Assembly: GCA_018817315.1 (NCBI GenBank)
Contig: JAHITV010000002.1
Span: 1 to 56,540, forward strand
Reading direction: 5' to 3'
DNA length: 56,540 nucleotides
Source: Patescibacteria group bacterium
GTDB taxonomy: Bacteria; Patescibacteriota; Patescibacteriia; UBA1558; UBA10009
Of this stretch, positions 37,790 to 44,893 are shown in pieces. The position numbers and the translations under genes were made by a program. Numbering within the stretch: position 1 is the first letter of the stretch; each line of letters begins with the position of its first letter. Below the pieces are notes generated by a model. The model was not told where the DNA came from, did no database searches, and saw nothing but the letters and a program-made list of their open reading frames with translations.

Positions 37790-37795
37790 ATAAAA

Positions 37796-39595
37796 CTATT
37801 CTACTGTCACAGATTTTGCCAAATTTCTTGGCTTGTCCATATCAATACCCTTGATATCAGCTATATAATAAGAAAGGAGTTGCAAAGGAATTACATTAAT
37901 TACCGGTGATAATTCATTAATTATCTGCGGCACTTTAATTAAATAATCAGCAAGTTCTTTTATTTCTTTATTATCTTCATTGACCAAAGCAATGATTTTG
38001 CCTTTTCTGGCTTTAACCTCCTGCATATTACTAATTATTTTGGCAGATAAATTATTTTTAGTCGCTACAAATAACACCGGCATTTGCTCATCTATTAAAG
38101 CAATGGGGCCATGTTTGATTTCTGCCGCTGGATAACCTTCAGCATGAATATAAGAAATTTCTTTAAGTTTTAAAGCACCTTCCAAAGCCACTGGAAAATT
38201 AATTCCCCTGCCCAGATAAAGGAAATTTTTCACTGCTGTAAATTCTTTAGCAATTTTTTGCACCTCTTTATCAGTTTTTAAAACTTCTTTTACTTTTTGA
38301 GGCAATTCCTCTAATTCTCTTAATAACTCCTGATCCAGTTCCTGCCCTTTTTTCTGTCTTATATATAAAGCAAAAATTAATAAAGCAACTACTTGGGAAG
38401 TAAACGCTTTAGTACTGGCGACGCCGATTTCCGGCCCAGCATGCAAATAAATACCAGAATCAACTTCCCGGCTAATGGTAGAACCAACTACATTAATAAT
38501 CCCCAAAGTTTTAGCTTGCTTTTCTTTGGCTCCTCTTAAAGCCGCTAAAGTATCGGCTGTTTCTCCTGATTGAGAAATAACAATTACTAAATCATCCTTA
38601 CCAATAACAGGATTTCTATACCTGAATTCCGAAGCATAATCTACTTCCACTGGAATTTGGGTTAATTCTTCAATAAAATATTTGCCAATCAAAGCTGAAT
38701 GCCAGCTGGTGCCACAGGCAGTGATAATAATTCTCTTTATTGAATCTACCCTAAAATCCACAGTTATTTTTATCTTTCTATCCTTGATTCTGCCTCTGAT
38801 CGTATCAGTAATGCTCTGCGGCTGTTCAAAAATTTCCTTAAGCATAAAATGCTTAAAGCCCTTTTTCTCCATTTGCTCCACTGTCCACTTTATTTCTTCT
38901 ATCTTTTTATTGACGAATTCGCCGTCTATATTTTTGATAATATATTTATCTTTAGTGATGGTTGCTATTTCCTCATCCTGTAAATGAACTACTTTTTTGG
39001 TATGTTCTAAAAGAGCAGCTGAATCCGAAGCAACAAACATCTCTCCTTCACCCACGCCAATAATCAAAGATGAACCTTTACGGGCAACGATGAGTTTTTC
39101 CTCTTTTTTATGCATTACCACTAAACCATAAGATCCTTCCACTAACTTTAAAGTTTTAATAACTGCTTTTTCTAAATTTTGCTCATAAAACTTTTCCACC
39201 AAATGAGCAAAAATTTCTGAATCAGTTTGGGAGGACAACTGATGGCCTTCTTTTTCCAATAAATTTTTTAAAGCATGATAATTTTCAATAATGCCGTTAT
39301 GAACAATAGCAATATTTTTAGAACAATCAAAATGAGGATGGGCATTATTTTCGTTAGGTTCTCCATGGGTTGCCCAACGTGTATGAGCAATACCAATCAT
39401 GCCTTTTAATTCTTTTAACTCATCCAGTTTTTCCAACTCAAAAATTCTACCTCTTTTTTTAAAAACTTTTAATCCTTCTTTGGTTTTCACACAAATCCCG
39501 GCACTGTCATAACCGCGGTATTCCAATTTTTTTAAACCCTCAATTAAAATAGAAGTAGAATCTTTATTGCCAATATAACCGATGATTCCGCACAT
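37796..39595 (-). CDS. glmS: glutamine--fructose-6-phosphate aminotransferase
   Basis: 599 aa with N-terminal MCGIIGY (Ntn Cys), two SIS domains and a C-terminal KSVTVE end. Confidence 0.95.
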   Translation of the reverse strand: MCGIIGYIGNKDSTSILIEGLKKLEYRGYDSAGICVKTKEGLKVFKKRGRIFELEKLDELKELKGMIGIAHTRWATHGEPNENNAHPHFDCSKNIAIVHNGIIENYHALKNLLEKEGHQLSSQTDSEIFAHLVEKFYEQNLEKAVIKTLKLVEGSYGLVVMHKKEEKLIVARKGSSLIIGVGEGEMFVASDSAALLEHTKKVVHLQDEEIATITKDKYIIKNIDGEFVNKKIEEIKWTVEQMEKKGFKHFMLKEIFEQPQSITDTIRGRIKDRKIKITVDFRVDSIKRIIITACGTSWHSALIGKYFIEELTQIPVEVDYASEFRYRNPVIGKDDLVIVISQSGETADTLAALRGAKEKQAKTLGIINVVGSTISREVDSGIYLHAGPEIGVASTKAFTSQVVALLIFALYIRQKKGQELDQELLRELEELPQKVKEVLKTDKEVQKIAKEFTAVKNFLYLGRGINFPVALEGALKLKEISYIHAEGYPAAEIKHGPIALIDEQMPVLFVATKNNLSAKIISNMQEVKARKGKIIALVNEDNKEIKELADYLIKVPQIINELSPVINVIPLQLLSYYIADIKGIDMDKPRNLAKSVTVE

Positions 39596-39724
39596 AAATT
39601 ATATTTTAGCAGATTTGACATAAAAAAACATCCTTTAGAAAGGATTTGACATAATATCCATAATATAATTAAATAAGCATTGATTGAACATTCACAACAT
39701 AACACCTTAAAGAAAGGGTATGTC

Positions 39725-40330
39725 ATGCTTAATAATTCCAGATTAAGGAACAACACAGCAAACATTTTAACTATGACGCGCGTTGTTCTTTTACCCCTTA
39801 TTATACCCACTTTTTATTGGAGTATATGGGATATTTTCACCATGCGCTGCATAGCATTTGTGCTGATGATGATTGCTGAATGCACTGACATGCTAGATGG
39901 ACACATTGCCAGAAAACTTAAACAAGAATCTAATCTCGGGAAATTACTTGACCCTCTTGCAGACTCGATTTACCGTAGTAGCATGTTTATCGTGTTTGTT
40001 GGACTAGGATACATGCCTTTTTGGTTTCTCTATGTCCTTGTTCCCCGTGATATCACTGTGGCCTATGTACGTACATTATGTTCTCTACGAGGCGAAGTTG
40101 TATCTGCAAGGAAAAGCGGAGTAATTAAGGCATTTTTCCAAGGTGGAGCAATGCTCGGAGTGATGATACTTGACCTTATACGCTTCTGGCCAGGAGCAGA
40201 AAGTACAAGTACAATATTTGACACACTTATTCTCCTTTTATTTGCCGCTGCTGCCCTGTACACTCTCTACTCATGGTATGACTATCTTGTTGGTTCATCC
40301 AAAACATGGGTAAAGCTGATACCGCATTAA
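39725..40330 (+). CDS. CDP-alcohol phosphatidyltransferase family protein (PgsA-like)
   Basis: DMLDGHIARKLKQESNLGKLLDPLADS matches the DG(x2)AR(x8)G(x3)D(x3)D signature. Start set to ATG 39725 (track start is TTG 39680). Plus strand, with intermediate G+C. Confidence 0.75.
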   Translation: MLNNSRLRNNTANILTMTRVVLLPLIIPTFYWSIWDIFTMRCIAFVLMMIAECTDMLDGHIARKLKQESNLGKLLDPLADSIYRSSMFIVFVGLGYMPFWFLYVLVPRDITVAYVRTLCSLRGEVVSARKSGVIKAFFQGGAMLGVMILDLIRFWPGAESTSTIFDTLILLLFAAAALYTLYSWYDYLVGSSKTWVKLIPH

Positions 40331-40370
40331 GTAGAAAAACAATAAAAAACATTCTCTTTATGAGAACAAT

Positions 40371-40399
40371 GCAGAATCTTAAAAAACTTCTGCTTTTTT
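40371..40399 (+). terminator. intrinsic terminator after the CDP-alcohol phosphatidyltransferase gene
   Basis: GCAGAA (40371-40376) pairs with TTCTGC (40388-40393), followed by TTTTTT. Confidence 0.55.
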
Positions 40400-40406
40400 A
40401 TAAAAC

Positions 40407-40925
40407 TTATTTAATTGATACGTTTAAACTCATCATCACTTCTGGTTTGCCATACTGAATCCGCTGTCCTTGAATGCCATCAGTAAAAAATTTTTGATAC
40501 ACTGCTTTGGCATTTTCATTATCAGCATAAAACCACACGGTAAAAACTATTTTAGTGGCAGTCAAATTAGCAGTAGCAATCCAATTTAGCATTTCTCCAT
40601 AACTTCTTTTAATTAACATAGAAGCCAAACCTTGCCCTTGAAATTTTTTACTAACAGCTAACTGTTCTAATTCCACTACTAATTGTTCGCGGTCAAAACC
40701 ACCATGAAACTGCCAGCTAATATAACCTGCTACTTCACCATTAACTTTTATCACAAAATAATGATAAACCGGATAGGCTGACAATAATGACTTAACCCAT
40801 TGTTGAGCACTAGCTAATGTTTTATTGCCGTGAAAAGCTTCTTGATTAATTTGAGCCAGAGTAATAATCTCTTTACTTTCTTTTTTCTCTGACAATAGCC
40901 GCTCAATTGTTATTTCTTTAACCAT
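40407..40925 (-). CDS. GNAT-family N-acetyltransferase
   Basis: 172 aa with the acetyl-CoA binding motif QGQGLASMLI in the expected position. Confidence 0.75.
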   Translation of the reverse strand: MVKEITIERLLSEKKESKEIITLAQINQEAFHGNKTLASAQQWVKSLLSAYPVYHYFVIKVNGEVAGYISWQFHGGFDREQLVVELEQLAVSKKFQGQGLASMLIKRSYGEMLNWIATANLTATKIVFTVWFYADNENAKAVYQKFFTDGIQGQRIQYGKPEVMMSLNVSIK

Positions 40926-40961
40926 AGTTTAATCATATACCCCAAATATTTATTTGTAAAT

Positions 40962-40987
40962 AAAAAAGGGTTCCGAACTTAGAACCC
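40962..40987 (-). terminator. intrinsic terminator after the PRTase gene (hairpin is U-flanked on both strands)
   Basis: Hairpin GGGTTC-(8 nt)-GAACCC at 40968-40987, followed on the minus strand by TTTTTT (40967-40962). Confidence 0.5.
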
Positions 40988-41027
40988 TCTATTTTTTGAA
41001 AGATTGTTGACTAATTGACTAAGATAG

Positions 41028-41777
41028 TCAGTTTGACTTTGATGCCTCCATCACCTTCATTAGACGTGCCCATTGGTCTCTTGGTTTTGGCTTCCAAACA
41101 ACATTTCCGCTTGCCACATCTTCTGCCACCGCTAGATCATCCTGCCTGTATTCCATAATCTTTTGACGAACCAGACTAATAACAGGAATACGCGAATCAT
41201 CTTTTGCAATATATTCATCATCCACTGTTAAAGATCTGTTAAGAACACAAAGGATGGCAGTTACTTCAGCACCGGCCTCCTTAATTAACTGTAGTAATTT
41301 CTCCGTGGTACTGAAATTATTTGATACATCTTCAACGATTACTACCCGGTCTCCTGCTTGGATTTCATGTCTTCCCAAAATAAGCTGTGTTTCTTCACGG
41401 GAACTTGTAGTAGCTAAAGTAGTAGCTTTTTTTTCAGCAAACACGAAACGACTTTCGTTCAAATAGGCAAGCATGTTGGCAAAGGAAATACCTCCCATTG
41501 GCGCCCCGCAAAAAACATCAATACCCGCCACTCCGGCTCTCTGCAATAACAGTTTAGCAAAATGAGCCATAACAACCGGATATTGTTCTACTTTCGCCAA
41601 ATTAACATAAACATCGCCGACAAAATGTTTTCCTGGCTCGTATGTCCCAGCATAACCAACCAAAGGCCCGACCCGTTGCCCTCCAACTACAGGACACTCA
41701 TAATATCCTTCACATTCCTTAATAATTGTCAGAGGGGAGTGAAGGACTATCTCTCTAATCTGTCTACTTCTTAACAT
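41028..41777 (-). CDS. type I phosphoribosyltransferase, orotate-PRTase-like with atypical PRPP loop
   Basis: 249 aa. VVIVEDVSNNFSTT occupies the PRPP-binding position but lacks the usual T-G-x-T/S ending. Starts 3 nt downstream of pyrF. High G+C. Confidence 0.65.
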   Translation of the reverse strand: MLRSRQIREIVLHSPLTIIKECEGYYECPVVGGQRVGPLVGYAGTYEPGKHFVGDVYVNLAKVEQYPVVMAHFAKLLLQRAGVAGIDVFCGAPMGGISFANMLAYLNESRFVFAEKKATTLATTSSREETQLILGRHEIQAGDRVVIVEDVSNNFSTTEKLLQLIKEAGAEVTAILCVLNRSLTVDDEYIAKDDSRIPVISLVRQKIMEYRQDDLAVAEDVASGNVVWKPKPRDQWARLMKVMEASKSN

Positions 41778-41780
41778 CTT

Positions 41781-42695
41781 TTAATCCCCCTTTATACATT
41801 GACTGATTTGTTCGTGAAGTTTCATAACTTCTCGGCGAGCAGCAACGGCAAAATCCTCACCAGATGAAGCAAAGATAATTGCTCGCGAAGAATTAATAAT
41901 CACACCTTGTCTTTGACTATTAATTCCAGCAGCAATAGTTTTTTCCAGATCGCCGCCTTGCCTGCCAATACCCGGAATAAGAATAGGCATATCACCTACG
42001 CTTTGCCGTACTACTTTCAGCTCCTCTGGATAAGTTGCGCCTACCACTAAAGCGCAGTTTCCATTCACATTCCAGTGATTTGCCACCCGCAAAGCCAAAT
42101 ACTGAAAAAGTGGCATTTGTGGATTCCAACTTTCAGTAGTACCGAGCTTTCTGGCTGGTCCATTCAACAAAGAATGTAACTGTTCGCCAGTAAGACCGAT
42201 TTTTAAATCCTGAAATTCGCTGGCTCCTGGATTGGAAGTGCGGCACAGAACAATTATGCCTTTTTCAGGCCGATTAAGAAAAGGTTGTAAGGCTTCTGCT
42301 CCCAGATAAGGACTTAAAGTGACGGCATCAGCTCGCAAAAAATCAAAAGCTGCTGCTGCATAAGCACTACTGGTATTGCCGATGTCACCTCTTTTACCAT
42401 CCATAATAACTGGGATTTCCGGCGCCTCTTGGTGAATAAAAGTAACTAGCTGTCCCAGTGTCTCCAATCCTTGTTTACCCATTGCTTCAAAAAAAGCGCT
42501 GTTGAGCTTGTAAGCACAAACAAAATTTGCTGTTGCACTGACAATTACCCTGCCAAAAGTAAGGGCTCTTTCAGCAGGTGTTTTTCCTAACACAACTTCT
42601 GGGATTTTTTTGGGGTCAAGATCCAAACCAACGCAGGCAAAAAAACCATTATCCCAGCGGTTTTGCAGAAGCGCGTGAAAATTTCTTTCGTTCAT
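41781..42695 (-). CDS. pyrF: orotidine 5'-phosphate decarboxylase, type 2
   Basis: GLDLD and DGKRGDIGNTSSAYA motifs are typical of the long (type 2) PyrF. Start set to ATG 42695, preceded by GGAGAA (track start is TTG 42755). Confidence 0.8.
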   Translation of the reverse strand: MNERNFHALLQNRWDNGFFACVGLDLDPKKIPEVVLGKTPAERALTFGRVIVSATANFVCAYKLNSAFFEAMGKQGLETLGQLVTFIHQEAPEIPVIMDGKRGDIGNTSSAYAAAAFDFLRADAVTLSPYLGAEALQPFLNRPEKGIIVLCRTSNPGASEFQDLKIGLTGEQLHSLLNGPARKLGTTESWNPQMPLFQYLALRVANHWNVNGNCALVVGATYPEELKVVRQSVGDMPILIPGIGRQGGDLEKTIAAGINSQRQGVIINSSRAIIFASSGEDFAVAARREVMKLHEQISQCIKGD

Positions 42696-42738
42696 CTTAC
42701 TAAATTCTCCATTTTTTGTGTAATGTCCAATTTCCCTA

Positions 42739-42766
42739 ATCTTATCTAAAATCAAAAAGTTGTCAA
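42739..42766 (-). promoter_or_regulatory. candidate pyrF promoter
   Basis: Minus strand reads TTGACA (42766-42761), a 16-nt spacer, then TAAGAT (42744-42739). Confidence 0.4.
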
Positions 42767-42929
42767 TAACAGAAGGTATATTCTAATATCCCTGCAGCGA
42801 CAGTTTTATTATTCTAAAACCAACAACATTACCACTTCTCGCCCCGCGAAGTCCCGAATGTAAATGAGGGACGAAGAGGGGTCAACCTCGCCCCGAGCTT
42901 GCCGAGGAGCGGACCCAGCGACCTTTATC

Positions 42930-42963
42930 CAAAACAACAAAGCCACTCTTTTTTTGAGAGTGG
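42930..42963 (-). terminator. hairpin terminator after the aldolase gene
   Basis: CCACTCT (42943-42949) pairs with AGAGTGG (42957-42963). U-rich tracts follow on both strands. Confidence 0.45.
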
Positions 42964-42993
42964 TTTTGTTATAAAAATTTCTAAATGAATTTA

Positions 42994-43575
42994 TTAACAC
43001 TTTTTATACATCTGTAAAGCAAGTTCACCTGCCTCTTTTATATTTTTACCAAGAGAAATAAATCCATGTTCCTTCATTATTAAAAAAGATTTATCATTAA
43101 GAATATCTAAAACTCCTTGGACTAATTCAACTGTTCCATAAGGTTCTTCTTTTACTGTTTCTGTTATTTTTAATTTACTTGCTTTAGATAGAATTTTTTG
43201 ACAATGACCATGAAAAATAGCATTAACATCTTTCCTTTGATGATAAATAGCAAAATGTAACATACTTTCTGAAGAGGGCTCTCTCATACCATGGGCATAA
43301 ACTGTTCCTTTTTCTAAATCACACGATTGGATTCTTACAAAACAATCATCTGCTAACTCATTTTTTAAACCAATTTTTGTCCCAGTGATTATAAACTGAT
43401 CCTGACCATCTTGCAGTCTAAAACTTAAATTTCCATAAGAACCGCCTTCATATGGCGGTGCCAGATTATAATGATGAAATTTTTTACACCAATCTTTTAA
43501 TCCCTCAAGTCTTAAGTCTTGAGGGATCTCACTGCCAAGCATTTTAGTTTTAAATTTTACACCTTGATATGTCAT
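42994..43575 (-). CDS. class II aldolase/adducin-domain protein (MtnB / Ald2 / fuculose-1-P-aldolase-like)
   Basis: 193 aa with GNLSFRL, FIITGTKIG, and His-rich metal ligands (ESMLHFAIYH..., IFHGH). Confidence 0.75.
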   Translation of the reverse strand: MTYQGVKFKTKMLGSEIPQDLRLEGLKDWCKKFHHYNLAPPYEGGSYGNLSFRLQDGQDQFIITGTKIGLKNELADDCFVRIQSCDLEKGTVYAHGMREPSSESMLHFAIYHQRKDVNAIFHGHCQKILSKASKLKITETVKEEPYGTVELVQGVLDILNDKSFLIMKEHGFISLGKNIKEAGELALQMYKKC

Positions 43576-43583
43576 AAAATTAA

Positions 43584-44636
43584 TTAAGAAAATAATTTCT
43601 TTATGGAATTTTCTGCTGGTTTGATTATTCCTTTTTCCGTGATAATTCCCGTAATATATTTTGCCGGCGTTACATCAAAAGCAGGATTAATAACTTTAGA
43701 ACCGGGTGAACATACAAGAATCTTTTCCATCTTTCCTTTAGTAGTAAGCCCTGTTTGGTATAAAACCTCATCTTCACTTCTTTCTTCAATGGGTATTTCT
43801 TTTCCGGAATTACAATCTAAATCAAAAGTAGAAGTTGGTGCAGCAACATAAAAAGGCACATTGAATTCCTTGGCTACAATCGCTTTTTCAAAAGTTCCAA
43901 TTTTATTAGCTACATCACCGTTTCTGGCAATTCTATCTGCTCCCACTATCATTAAATCTATTTTCCCCGAAGACATTAAATATGCCCCAACATTATCAGG
44001 TAAAATAACATAAGGCACTCCTTCATTTTTTAATTCCCAAGCAGTAAGTCTAGCACCCTGACTTCTTGGTCTAGTTTCATCCGCGTAAACAAAAACTTTC
44101 TTTCCCTCTCTAAAAGCAACATATATAGGCGACAAAGCACTGCCCCAATCAACAAAAGCCAACCAGCCGGCATTACAGTGGGTTTCAATATTAAAACCGT
44201 CTTTAATCAGCTCATTACCGTATTCACCAATTTTCCTACAACTCTCAACATCTTCATCAGCAATTTTTTGTGCTTCTTTTATGGCTGCTGCTCTTGGATC
44301 AGTAGAAGATTTTCCAGCGTGATAAACACGGTTCACTGCATAAAATAAATTTTGAGCTGTCGGCCTGGTTGCTTCAATGTCTTTTTTAGCTTTATCAATA
44401 TATTCCCAGAAATCATCTTCACGAGCTTCCAAAAACGCTTGCGCCATTCCCAAACCAGCAGTTGCACCGATAGCACCAGCTCCCCGTACAATCATATTCT
44501 TTATAGCATGACAGGTATCAAGATAATCTTTGGCTTCATAAATCTTAAAAATAAAAGGTAATAAATTTTGTTCTATTAAAAATACAGATGTATCTTTCAT
44601 CCAGACAGTCCTATAATTTTTATTATCAACTCTCAT
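43584..44636 (-). CDS. mtnA: S-methyl-5-thioribose-1-phosphate isomerase / ribose-1,5-bisphosphate isomerase family (eIF-2B-like)
   Basis: 350 aa with MIVRGAGAIGA, TRPTAQNL, HCNAG, ADETRPRSQGARLTAWEL and VGADRIARNGDVANKIGT motifs. Confidence 0.85.
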   Translation of the reverse strand: MRVDNKNYRTVWMKDTSVFLIEQNLLPFIFKIYEAKDYLDTCHAIKNMIVRGAGAIGATAGLGMAQAFLEAREDDFWEYIDKAKKDIEATRPTAQNLFYAVNRVYHAGKSSTDPRAAAIKEAQKIADEDVESCRKIGEYGNELIKDGFNIETHCNAGWLAFVDWGSALSPIYVAFREGKKVFVYADETRPRSQGARLTAWELKNEGVPYVILPDNVGAYLMSSGKIDLMIVGADRIARNGDVANKIGTFEKAIVAKEFNVPFYVAAPTSTFDLDCNSGKEIPIEERSEDEVLYQTGLTTKGKMEKILVCSPGSKVINPAFDVTPAKYITGIITEKGIIKPAENSIKKLFS

Positions 44637-44644
44637 GTATCAAA

Positions 44645-44878
44645 TTAAAATTTTTTATCTTTAGGAGGGCAAGGATCATCACCATAACTATCTTTATCGC
44701 GAATCACATTCTTTTTATTATGAATAACCAATTCAACTTTATCCTTTTTTGCTATTGGTCTTGCTCTTTTAATTGCTACAGTTTGTGTTTTAAACAAACC
44801 TAAAGGTTTTTTCACACCTTCTTTGACTACTGCCCACTTTTCTTGATGGCGAGCAACATGAATATTTTTCTTGGGCAT
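44645..44878 (-). CDS. DUF2188-like small basic protein
   Basis: 77 aa. HVARHQEKWAVVKEG...FKTQTVAIKRARPIAKKDKVELVIH fits the DUF2188 pattern as I recall it. Confidence 0.55.
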   Translation of the reverse strand: MPKKNIHVARHQEKWAVVKEGVKKPLGLFKTQTVAIKRARPIAKKDKVELVIHNKKNVIRDKDSYGDDPCPPKDKKF

Positions 44879-44893
44879 AAATTTATTATTATT

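Noticed and set aside
33515-37795. The island as a prophage, IS/transposon, integron cassette array or ICE fragment.
   Set aside because: I could find no integrase, transposase, recombinase, phage structural gene, terminal inverted repeat, attC-like site or flanking direct repeat. Unlike integron cassettes, the units carry their own promoters. The mechanism is left open.
39615-39651. Two tandem ATTTGACATAA boxes separated by the hairpin ATCCTTT-AGA-AAGGAT, considered as the promoter of the CDP-alcohol phosphatidyltransferase gene.
   Set aside because: Neither TTGACA has an acceptable -10 hexamer at 16-18 nt. TATAAT at 39664-39669 is only 12 nt from the second box, and the 17-nt option is the weak TTAAAT. 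I noted it but did not call it as a feature.
39596-39724. A glmS ribozyme upstream of glmS.
   Set aside because: Only about 85-130 nt of very AT-rich spacer is available, shared with the divergent plus-strand gene. It has no conserved ribozyme core and is too short for the roughly 170-nt element.
42809-43000. ORF 42809..43000(-), 63 aa, together with similar small ORFs 36735..36977(-), 34131..34421(-) and 33439..33681(+).
   Set aside because: They lie in GC-rich intergenic, terminator or promoter sequence, or antisense to real genes. They have no SD, and their translations are low-complexity (Arg/Pro/Ser-rich). They are treated as spurious.
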